Assembly (NCBI GenBank): GCA_030704615.1
Contig: CM060732.1
Coordinates: 32,302,001 to 32,366,000, forward strand
DNA: 64,000 bases
Direction: 5' to 3'
Origin: Takakia lepidozioides
Taxonomy: Eukaryota > Plantae > Bryophyta
Numbering within the stretch: position 1 is the first letter of the stretch; each line of letters opens with the position of its first letter. Below are positions 49,148-60,800 of the stretch, piece after piece. Under the pieces are notes generated by a model, which saw only the letters and a list, made by a program, of their open reading frames with translations, did no database searches and was not told the origin of the DNA. Position numbers and translations under genes: made by a program.

Positions 49148-49151
49148 AAAG

Positions 49152-52100
49152 ATGGCCTTGTCTCAAAGTGCTTGGACAAAAGGGCACTGCACCAAACAAT
49201 GTTCCAAATCCTCATGAGCATTTAGGCTGCAAGAAACACAATGAGAGGGAGCGTCTTTGAAGTTTGCCGCCACCAGCAGTATCATGTTTGCTACCTTCCA
49301 CAAGAAACCAGTCACTTTCGAGGGTCTATACTTTTTCCAGGTATCAGCCCACACAAACTTCCAGGGTATAGGATTGCTAGAGAGATGCTGCCACTTTTGA
49401 TTCCATTTCCTATCAAAGCCTCTCTTTGGCAGCTGCAACTTATAACCAAGCTTAACCGAATAGTGAAAAAAAGGGTCATGTTTATTGTTCATCCACACCC
49501 ACTTTCCTGGGTCAAACTGCAGCAGCTTAATAGGAGCAGTTAAAAATCAACAGAAGATATTGTTATAGAGCTACAACTCCAAGGGAGGCATCGGGTTAGG
49601 ATTGCCAGAAAGCAAACAGTAAACCCTTATGTCAAAGCAAGCAATGTCGTTAGGGATACAGATCACCGACGTCGGTGAAACAAACATGCCATCTTTAGTT
49701 ACAGAGAAGCCAGTGCCATGTATGTAATCACTATCTCTGGAGATTGCATATAGAACTTTAGGTTGGGAATCAATATAGTATCCGAGCCAACCAAGCACAT
49801 TTTTGCAGGTGAGGCTCAGAAAGAAGGCTTGTCCAATGCTCTAGAAGGTCTTCCATGACCTCCTTCCATCCAAGGTTTACTCATCTTGCAGAGAATTGCT
49901 GAGTAGCAGTTTCAGTAGAGATAAGAGAGTTCAAGGAATCATCCCAAATTTGTAGCAGATGAGCCAAGCCTGCAGCTTCCCATTGATCCGCCCAACATTT
50001 AGTATAGGGAAATAACATTTCTTTGTCTCGATTATAATTCCCAAAGAGAGGTTGTCTCAACACTTCGTTGAAGGACGTAGAGGGACTTATCTAAACCAGG
50101 AAAGGGCGCAACTTGCACCACGCCACCCAAAATGGATTGCCAAGCTCGGGATCCCAGCCGAGGTTTTTCATTAAGCTTCCCTCCTTGGAGCATCCATCTC
50201 AACGAGTGAGCCCATCTGTCGCTTTGTGCGAGGCGTAGTAGTCATGAGATGCTGACCAGTCTACTCCAAGGACTGAAAGGTGAGTCAGAGCATGAGGAAC
50301 CTACTTCACAAGAAGCACCGTGAACTGCGCTTGGGGATCTAATACACCTAAACCCCTATTTTTTTTGCTTTGAGTCAGCTAGTCCCAACTGAAGGCTATT
50401 TTTGAAGATGAGGTTGGTGTTGCCCCCCAAATAAAGTTTCTCGTCAACGACTTAACCTTCTTAATAATCAGAGATCCTGGAGACCATACCGAGGCCAGAA
50501 ACCACAAAGAGGCCAGAAGAACTTGCTTCACATCTAAACTCTGCCCACTATAGATAGATATAAAGAACACCAGTGCGCAAGTTTCCTTTTCAACTTAGAA
50601 AAGACAGCAGCAAACCTGACATGCATAGTCATTGAGATCAGTACCCACCAGTTGCCCCAACAGCTCATGCGATTCACTATCCAAAAGCCATCTCAAACCC
50701 AACTCAATACCCCACGAGGCAATGTGGGAAGCTAAGGTAGGATTTGACAACTGACTTAGCAAGTCCACTGCTTTCTTCCAATTAATTTTGAGACCCGAGG
50801 CTCCACAGAAGGCCTCCAGTGAGCTGAGTGCCGCGTTGACATTGGATAAGGAAGAGTTGTTAATAAATAACGAGATGTCATCGGCATACAACGAAGACTT
50901 AATGGAAGAGGAAAGTGAATCAAGCGGGGAATTGGGAACCACCAAGCCCAAGGAGTCTTTCCTCTTATCTAACAAGTGGCCCAGACCATCTACAGCTACC
51001 AGGACAAGAAATAGGGCTAGCGGACAACCCTGCCTAACAGATTTGAAGAGAGGAAAGGCTTTGGAAACCACTCTATTAACCATCACTCTACTCGAGGCTG
51101 AAGAGAGAAGGATCTGAATCCACTTTAGAAAACCCCCATTTATCCCAGCTGCTTCCAATGCACCCAAAAGGTAGCTCCAATTGATATTATCAAATGCTTT
51201 CTCGAAATCTAACATCAAGAAAGTTAGGGGTTGGTTATCGATTCGAGCCAGATGCAACGCCTCATTGTTAAGAAGAATATTCTCAAGTATCATTCTATTT
51301 TTCATGAAACCTGATTGCTCTGGTCTTATCAGCTTAGATAACAAGGGCAACAAGCTGCGACGAGGGAGAGCCTTAGCAATGCTTTTATAGATAGAGTTTA
51401 ACAAAGTGATGGGCCTATACTAGTTAGAAAGCAACTCACGGTCACCTTTCTTGTACACTAAGGTAATGAATCCCTGCGATAACTGTGAGGGCATAATCCC
51501 TTTGATCAAGATATCATTGGCCATTCGCAGGAAATTGTCCCCAATGACCTCCCATAGGGCAGTGAAGAACTCCACCGGCAACTCGTCCAATCCAAGGGCC
51601 TTCATCGTACTCAGAGCTTCCGCAACTTCCATAAGCTCTTCTTTGAAAAATGGGGCTGACGGACCATTTTAATACGGAAGAATTTCTCCTTCTCCGCATC
51701 AACTTCAGCCATATTCTTTTTGGCCACTAGGTATGATTCCATCGTAACATCGCTATGGTTTCCTTCTTCAATCCTTCTTTGGCAATGTAACAGGCATTTA
51801 GTCAAGGCCTTTTGGTGCTGAGCTCTTTCCAAGGTTACAGAATGGGAGAGGGCCTGAGCCAAACGTTTAGTGGCTTGAAGCTTATGCAAGAAGGAGATGG
51901 AAGGGGATTGGAAGCCAGTTCCAGAAGATGTCCATTCCTGTTTCAACTTCTGTAGACAGTCAAGCTTTTTTAGAATGCCAGGGTTCAGTTTGAAATAACC
52001 ACGTCCTCTCGAATGCAATCCAGGCAGTTTAAATTCAGCAACAACCACGGCATGGTCAAAGTCAGCTAGGATGGGAGTTTGAGCCATACCTTTAGACCAA

Positions 52101-52190
52101 GATAGGGGAGTTTGAGAACAATAAATCCTGTCCAGACGGGCCATACAAAGATGAGGAGGACTTCTCAAGTTTGACCACGTGAACCTTAAG
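49152..52190 (-). mobile_element. 5'-truncated LINE ORF2 (APE endonuclease C-terminus, RT, zf-RVT), degenerate
   Basis: FTWSN..ARLDRIY, DFDH, GYFKLN; LDFEKAFD, VRQGCPL, YADD; KVTGFLWK..CVSC..EDLEHCLVQC. Confidence 0.93.
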
Positions 52191-52800
52191 TACTGTGATT
52201 GGTGTCTGGGAGGTGTCCACCTTCTTGTCGGAACGCATAATTTACGCTGCCTTCAGGAGGCGTCATACTTTATTTTACTTCATGCTTACAAGATACCAAC
52301 CCCTCGGTTACTAGTTAAAACCTTAAATAAACCAATAGGTATTGGCCAGTTCTTTCAAATGTTATTTGCGTAGTTGTTTGAACGCCCAATCTCCGTCGGT
52401 CTTAGTTGTATAGGTTAATTCAATTTTTTTACCTTTAGCGATTATATATAAACATATACACACAACCTAGATGTGACCCCGTTATAATGGCCACCTGACA
52501 ACCAGCATGTAGCCCAGTGGTAATGGGCACATACCATGTTGGATGTGGTTGTGGGTTCAAACCACGGTCTGGTGTGTCATGAAGGTGTCCACCTTTCAGC
52601 TGGAAGGTAGCCCTTGTGGTGAAGTGACACCATAAGTTACGTTCCCTTCGGGAGGCGCGCCATATATATATATATGGCCACCTTCGAAAGTGGTTGGGGG
52701 CTCAATCCACTATGATTGGTGTCTTGGAGGTATCCACCTTCTTGCCAAAAGGCATAATTTACGATGCCTTGAGGAGGCGTCATACTTTATTTTACTTCAC
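52190..52800 (+). mobile_element. tRNA-derived SINE-like element plus two partial copies of its body
   Basis: Head at ~52501-52575 with A box GTAGCCCAGTGGTAA and B box GGGTTCAAACC but no proper cloverleaf; body GGTGTCCACCT..CATAA(T/G)TTACG..GGAGGCG recurs at ~52195-52282, ~52583-52660 and ~52712-52799. Confidence 0.6.
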
Positions 52801-54314
52801 TACATATATGTGTGTGCGTGTGTTTTTTTTTAAAAAAAACGACCATAGGTCCATTAGTCATTATAATTCATTTCCGCATCCAATATGACTATTCAAGAAA
52901 AATATACAATAATATAAATATAAATATAAATTAGAAATGGTCGAAATGTTTTTTTGCTTCACGTTTCTTTTTCTGTTATTGTATCTATGTTTTATCTTTT
53001 TTGCTTTCACGTTTAGCATAGACGACCATATGGTCCATGGTCCATAAGTTATCGTAACTTAGTTTCGTAATTCTGAAGAAAGAGAGAGAGAGAACTACAT
53101 ATATGTGTCTTACCACTTTTTATTCATGAATAAGGATACGATGGGTGCAATTGCCAGATATTTCTCTAAATGTGAACAATATATCACATTACAACTAGAT
53201 CCCTAGGGTTTATATAAAAACTTCACCATTTATACCGTTTCAGTACACACAGCTACCAATTAAGGGGGTTCTATCATGTGAGCACAACGTGTACACGCTC
53301 GCCAGAGCGCAATCCACGGTCATGGGAGTTTTATGTTTTTAAACCTCGGTCATAGGAATTATATGTTTTCAAAACGAAATAAAACATAAGCGGGTATAGA
53401 GGACCGGTGCATTTGTACGAGGAGAAACCGTGGGTAATGTAGCCAAAAAACCTAAACTTGTAGTGATGGCAGTGAATTTCACAATGAGAAATACTTGGTG
53501 ATATGGGCACAAACTAAGCAAGCCGTGGATTTTGCATTGAGAAATCCCATCACCCAAAAATCCTACATCCAAACGGATGGGGCTTGAAAAGTGACTTATT
53601 CATCCTTTTAGCCACAATGTGATTGCTTCTCAGGCGGAATTTCATAGTGCGAAACTATCCACGGGAGTAGTTTTTTTTTTTTTTTTTTTTTTCTTCTGGG
53701 TAAGCAAGTAGCTTTATGTGTTAGTTTCGCATAATTAACAAATTTCGTCAATTTCATTTCGCTGTGGAAGCTTCCCGGAAATTTCCCGGGAATTCAGGGA
53801 ATATGCCCTTGTGCTCACCGGAGCATGCTCACGTCCCTTGTCCCTTCCCCGCTCGTCGGGTCCCTGCAGGGGGGGGGGCCACCTGACGTCCGGACGGGAC
53901 GGACGGCAAGCGCCGTACGAACCTGCCTAGAGTCCGGTAGAGGTGTGGTGGCCCCTTGCGTGCCTCCCTCTCGTCCTTCCCCTCTCGAGGTTTTGGTGCC
54001 CGTTCCTTTCTCGCTGCAGCGCTGCTGCCTTTCGTGTTCCCCTACAAGAAGGCTGAAGTTATCTCGGAAGCTAGTTACAGCAGCGGCGGCTATTCATAGA
54101 AACTGGTTTCTGTTGGATAGACGGGTGAAGTGCTTTCGAAGAGAGATAGGTCTTGGAAAAGAGGCTGTTCTGAGGGGTTGCGGCTATTTGAAGAAGTTGT
54201 AAGATTGTGTATCACAGTGTTGCCTATCGCTGCCGTGATCAAAGGGTGAAACTGTTACCAGGATAGTATTGGGAGGAGAAGCTGTCTTTGTGTTTCTGCT
54301 TGAAGGGAGCAGCC

Positions 54315-57300
54315 ATGCTTCAGGCGAGTTTACTGACTTTCTCTCTCTAGTACTCTGAAGCGGGATTTTGAGGGCCGGAGAGTGATGATTCTGTCTTCAG
54401 TGTCTGTATGTTAGCCCTAAGAGAAAGGCGGCGGGACAAATATCTCAGGAACATGATTGCAGTGAAAATGAGGAGACGGACAGAGGGTTTACAGCATCCT
54501 GTTTTGTTATTACGGATTTTTCGTTTCATTCACACCGAATGGGCATGGAAGTTACTTGGTCATATGCTTGGAGTAGTCGAGGATTTTCTTTGTAGGCCTG
54601 TTGCACTGTGACCTTGCCATTGAAGATTACCTGATTCGTGGCAGATCGTACCGCAAACTTGCTGCGTATGTTATCTGCTGGTTTATTTGTGTTTTGCTCT
54701 GGATTAATGGGGCAACTGATGTGTGTGTCCTGTTTCCCTGTCAGTATCTTACTCTCCTCAGATTCCTTCTTGTACTCCAAGAAGGAAGGTCAAGCGCCTT
54801 GCTCGTACTTCTATTTCCCACAGACAGAAAACGGTGTGTATGTGTGTTAATGGTGTGTATGTCCTGCATGTGACCAGACGGACTTTCGGGGGGCAACAGG
54901 TCCGAAACGTGCACGCACAGATGGTAAGTTAGAGAGCATAGTACTGTAGCATGCGGATTCCCTGAAGTTTGTGTGATTGAAGGGGAACCTTTGTAGCTCT
55001 TCTGTAGTAAAATCTGATGTCATACTCTATGGTGAGCTTCTGTAACCTTCTTTCAGGTTTCTTTGTTTTGACAAACTTGTCATTTGTTGCAGGTGTCCGT
55101 GGTGAAGGCGACTGGGCATGTCCACAGTGTGGGAATGTGAACTTCGCATTTAGAACTACCTGCAACATGCGCAAATGCGCAACACCCAAGCCATCTGAGT
55201 CTGTTCAGGTGAAGAGTTCGACACGAAATCTTTTGGTCTCTGCATTATGGAGTCCTTGTACTTTCCTGACAGCAGTGTATGGTTGCTATGCTGTTGAGGT
55301 TTAGAGTGTAGACTCTGGTGAAGAACTGCATGGATGAAGGATGACAAGGTTGGTGGGTTCTCTGCCGTACAGAGAGCTGTTGGAGGGCCCATGGTTCCAT
55401 CAATGTATGAGCAGGTGCCTGCGCCCATGTACATGGGAGGCCCAGGTGCGCCAGCACCTATGTCATTGGGTCTGCCCTCAACCTACGGGGCACCCATGGC
55501 GATTCCACCTCCAGCAGCAGTCACTGTGCCCTATGATTATGGTGTGTCCATAAACAATGTTGCAGCCTACAATCCAATCCCCAGGCCTTCATCTTATGCT
55601 CCTCCAGGGCCCGTCCTCACCGGAGGTGATTTTCTGCCTTACGGCCTGTGAACCACTTAGGCTTAGACGGACAGTTGTTGTGTTTGATCTCTGTGTACTT
55701 GTTATGTTCTAGTGCCTGCCTGTTCAAGATCCAGAAGGTATTTAGGGTGTATTACTATACTCTAAATCTTCAGTAAACATTTTCCACTTCTATTTGTAGC
55801 TCTTCGAACAAGTTGGCATTAGGTAGGGATGTTAGTATAACAGGGAGAAGTTTGGATGCAGGTCCTAGCTACAATACTGCACCTGTACTGGATGGATATG
55901 GAATGAACATGAATATGAGTCTAGGTCCTCCGGTATGTCTCTTACTCCCTTAGGAGCTTGTTCTGATTGGTACTCCATAGCTGCAAACTTATCTTCTACT
56001 CATGAGCTCCAGCCTGCGGCTCTTTATCTTCAATTATTTTGCAGCTTGGTCATGGGGTTGAAGCTTCAGAAATGTGTGTATATCTAATCCAGTGTTTCCA
56101 GATGCTTATGGAGCATGATTATCTGCAGATGCCTGTGCCTAGAGCACCCGGAAATTATGGAGATGAAAATGGCTCTAGGAAGCGAAGAGGAGGTATGTGT
56201 AATTTGTTTTCCCTAAGCATTTTTTTTTTCTTATAGTTGCCGAGCCTTGAGCAGTGAGCCTTTTAAGTATTTGAGGTTATCCTTGAGGTGGTGTCCAGGT
56301 TGGTTACAATCACAAATTTGCTGTTATCACAAGTGGTTGTCAGCAACAGAATCTGAATGTAAGGCCACTGTCATGTATACAGGTCCAGATGGTTTCTCAG
56401 AGGGTGACTGGGTGTGTCCCAAGTGTGGAAACACCAACTTTGCCTTTCGCACTACCTGCAATATGCGCAAATGTGGTGCTGGGAAGCCCACTGAAACAGT
56501 GAGTTTTCTTACGACTGTTCACATGCAAGTTATGGATGAGCAGCTAGTAGTAAATATATCCCTCCATTCTCTTACATTGACTCCCTTTTCCATCTTCTGG
56601 TCGATTGATTCTAGGACCTGAACGAAGAGGTAGCCGATGAAATGTTTGTTTGGTGGCAAGGAAATGTGTTTTTTGTATTGTCTTATCTTAATTGTAGATC
56701 TTGTAGTATCTCATCATCAACATTTTCTCGTTTTATGTATGAGGGATCCTAGTGATTGGTGTTCATAGCTTGAGGTGATTGTACATTCAGGCGCGTTATG
56801 GAAATGGTCCACCATCAAGAGCTCCTCCAGTTTCTCGTGAGTGTTTGTCTCAGTATCTTTTACTCATTGGACACGGCAACTTCTGTAAGAAAATGAATGA
56901 GTAAAGTTCAATTGAAGCTAATTGTCATGAATTACTGTCACTCTCCCTTGTATCGGAGCCATTATAGCTCTCGCATGTTCACTGTTATGCTAAGGCCAGC
57001 CATAGCTCCAGGTAAGAAGTCTTTGTGCCCGGATAGTCCTGTGGGTTTCTGATAAACTGCCAGAACGAGAGTTGAACATATCCAAATTGTACAATAGCTC
57101 GGTGAGTTGGGACATCATTGCGGTGTTTTAGGTAGGTTCAGAGACTGAAGTTTGATGTAGCACTTGCTGTTACTCATTAGCAGAGAATTGTCATTTGATA
57201 GGCAAGCCTGGTGGACTTGCAGAGGTCCCTCCTCCAGATGGCAGTTGGACATGCGAAGCATGTGGGAATGTCAACTACCCATTCCGTACAAAGTGTAATC

Positions 57301-57835
57301 GTAGGAATTGTGGGGCTGATAAGCCAACTGAGACGAAGCCCAGCACCATATCCACCTCTCCTCCACCATCTTCTGATCAGGTTTGTGGTCAAGTCTGTTG
57401 CTGTAAGTTGCTTCAGGTAAATCTTGCGAGTGTCTGTACAAACTTCCTTGTTGAATATCAGATGTTTGCTTCAACTGTTTGTTTGTGATTTTCTGTCCTT
57501 TGAAAGTCCTGCACCTTTCCACTCTGACACTTGTTCTGGTACATTCTCAATTTCCTCCCCGACTTGATGTCTCAAGTAGCTTTTCATTTTCTTTGATTTT
57601 TGTTTGGAGAAAGTAGGAAAAAAAAGAGTCTACAAAGAAGCAGTCACTGGGTCTTCCATGCACACTCTCATGGTTGGGGACTTATTCACTCAGCTGTGAT
57701 GTGTGTGCACGATGATGGTGTGGTCAGAAGTACTCTTACATGTCTCATTGCTTGTCCAAACGTGCACATGACACAATGTGTGAGAAAGAAAGGGCAAAGT
57801 TATTGATTGTGTTCCGTCTGGCACTGTTCCAGTGA
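54315..57835 (+). CDS. RanBP2/NZF-type zinc-finger RNA-binding protein with three fingers; about 10 exons
   Basis: MLQ|TDFRGATGPKRARTDG|VRGEGDWACPQCGNVNFAFRTTCNMRKC; EGDWVCPKCGNTNFAFRTTCNMRKC; DGSWTCEACGNVNYPFRTKCNRRNC. The first exon (54315-54323) and the stop-only last exon (57833-57835) are inferred. Confidence 0.88.
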
Positions 57836-60800
57836 GTGCCGTGTGTCGTCTCGTCGCAATGTGAGGGTGGATCCGAGGTCCAGAGTACATTGTGGTCGCG
57901 GTTGGCGTAACCTCCCTCGGTCAAGGTGTTGGTGTCAGGAGTCAGTCGAGGGCCGTCTTCGTCCATGTTCATTCATTCGTTTGTACCTCCCGATCAAATC
58001 TGATTGGCAGGCAGCAGGGTCAACCATGCCTGGTTTTTTATCTTAGTGGATGGATATATGGGCTCATCTGTCTTTCCTGGGCGCACTCTGTAGATCGGTT
58101 GTTGTCACGTACGTCTCAAATGTCTTCGTCAGCAGAGTGCAAGCCTCAGTAGCAGTGTGGTTGGGATTCTCAGTAGCGAGTGACACGAAGTTAGGAAAGT
58201 GTGCCAGGGAGGCATTTCACCAATTTTTACGGGATTTTGTGACTATGGTGGGAGGGCTGGCCTTTTTGGAGATCTGAATGCAGTCTAGCGCTCTTCTTCT
58301 CTTGATTCTAGCAATACATCCCATTCTGCACATTATGTAGTGCAGGTGTCAGTCTTAAGAGTCCTCAAGGGGGAAGAGTCTAGCCATCTACTCTGTTTTC
58401 AGTGATAGCTAGGCAGAGCCATTTTGAAATTCAGTTAGATGGACATGGCTGTGGGAGGGTGCATTTGTTTGTAGGTAGGGTTGTCGGCACAGTTAAGTTT
58501 TTGCATCTGAGGATTTCCATCATGCCATCCTGTCTTGAGGTCTCCTGTGAGTTTCAAGCATTTGTCACCTGGTATCCTTAAGCCTTTGTTAGCTTGTTGG
58601 AATGTACCACGCTCAAAGCAGAGGTTAGTGGTGGGTCTTTGTTGAGAAAGAACGAGTATCTTCCATGTTGTGCCCATATTCTGAGAACCTACGTTCACAT
58701 CATCAGTTCTAGTCAATCCAGCAGTTCCCTTTCTAACGGCTCTGGACACATAAATCAGGCGCTGCAGATGGACTTTTTTTTTAATATCATGCCCTAACTC
58801 AGATCTCCTTATGAATAGTAGCAATTGTCTCTCAACGGTTCTGGACACAATGGTGGGCATTTCTGTACTCACGACCCCTCCAGTGCACAGTACAGAAGTG
58901 GTTACTCTTGGGGCAAGCGTGAATAGTTCTCATGGCAGCTAGGTGGATCACATATATAGCCATATCAAGGACCTTATACCCATAGGAACATTACTCCTTC
59001 GGCCAATCAGCAACCGGCAGACATCTAAGAATTGATGCTCATCTGCATCTTGCTCGAACTCCCTCCACCTGGTTTTGTCTACACTGCTATCATCCAGCTG
59101 GGCTTTGCTACCTGAAAGCCTTCCAACCTAATCATTGGCAGCATTACTGGCTGGCTCTGCGAATGTCCAAAAAAGCAATGATGCAAGAATGTCAGAGCTG
59201 GTGTGTACAGACAATTGTCTAGCCTTCCACACGCAAGGTAATGTGTCCCTGCCCTCCTTGAAGCACGCTAAGGTTTTCCATTGTGAACTAGATTACATGT
59301 AGGATGAATTGATGGTGTGGTTGACAGCTTGGAGAGGGGTATCATTAATCTATGCATGTATCCTCAGCCCATCTTCTTTTCCCTCCTCTCTGTGGTGTCG
59401 GTTGGGTGGTTATGTGATAGTCTGTCTTGGTATGGATTGTCGGGGACCTCAGGATGACAGCTTTTGGCTTGTTTTGAGGTGAATGCACAGTTCTGGGGTT
59501 GTGAGCCCTTCTGAAAAGGTCTCATAATTTTATTACCATGCTGACATACACATCCACTAAGCAAAGAGAGTTATATCATCTTTAATAGCCAGTCCTTTAT
59601 ATATTATATGTACGCAGTCAATTGCGTGGGGTAAGGAAGATGGAGATACAAATCAGTTCCAAAGGCCAATTAAGAAACACCCCAGGGAAGGTTTCCTTCA
59701 ACAGTTACTAGTTTTCTACAGACTACAGAATTGTGAAGTTACAACACCAAACACTACAGCTGGGTATTCCAGGTGTCAGGATGAACAATGAAGTAAAAAA
59801 CTAGTTGGACCAACAGCTTCTGATCATTTTTCTTATGTCAATTTAGCTCTTAAGGGGGTGAATCTGAGTACTGTAATTTCTGCATGGACGAAATCCCCTC
59901 TCCCCTCTCCTGCGTGATTTGCTGAAGTCCTCCTGATTGTACCCTGTACATGACGGTTGGGAAGGATATAACTGTTAGCACATGTAAGGTTGATTCCAGA
60001 TCAGTCTTGAGAGCTGTCTTTCCTGGAAAGATCATCTCTATCTCAGCAAGTAAATGGTGAGCATGTAACGGAGAAATTGTACCAACAGTCAGTACCTCAG
60101 TCGGTAAAGTGCACTGACCCTGGGGTCAAATCCTGCTACTTGACGGGTGTGGTATGCTCTTCTCCCCCTTCCCTGCGCGCAGTGTTGCATCTGAAAGCCT
60201 TACTTCTCCCCCTTCCCTGCTCGCAGTGTTGCATCAGAAAGCCTTACGGCCGAGGTCACTGAGAGGTTATTTTCTCCTCTCTCTATTAAAGGCCTGATTT
60301 GTGAGCTGACGCTCCCAGGTGTTTCCCTTTTTAAAAAATTAAAAAAAAAATCTTACTCTATCTTAAGTCCTATGTACGACCAGCATATATGAAATAATAC
60401 TTGCACTGTCTTGCTGTTTACAACAAATTCTTCGAATGCACTCAACCATCCGACTACTTTGTCCTGTAAAACCGTTACGTTTAAAATTTAATGTCATCAT
60501 GGTGCTGAGGATGTATATCTGCACTGAAGGCTTTTGAAATCCTCTGAAGTATCAACAAAATTTATACAACCTACCTCACCTAACATTGGGCCAACATGAG
60601 TAGGGAGTCTGCAAGCGAGCATTTCAACACGTGTGGGAACCTGATTTGTGGGTCTGGAGCTCCATCCTCTGGGCTGCTTTGGGGCTACAATGGAAATGGC
60701 AAATGATCCAACAATACTAGAAATTTGTGACACCACTTCGGCTGACTACTCCGGAAGCAAAAAACATAGAAACCGAAAAGCTCTGGACGCTTTGTTGCAT

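Noticed and set aside
52501-52575. Second tRNA gene
   Set aside because: A and B boxes are present but the acceptor and anticodon stems do not pair properly; better explained as a SINE head.
58435-59200. Minus-strand frames with faint kinase-like words
   Set aside because: No intact HRD/DFG/APE-type motifs; cannot be supported.
60166-60247. 38-bp direct duplication (CCCTTCCCTGC..GAAAGCCTTAC x2)
   Set aside because: Simple local duplication with no further structure.
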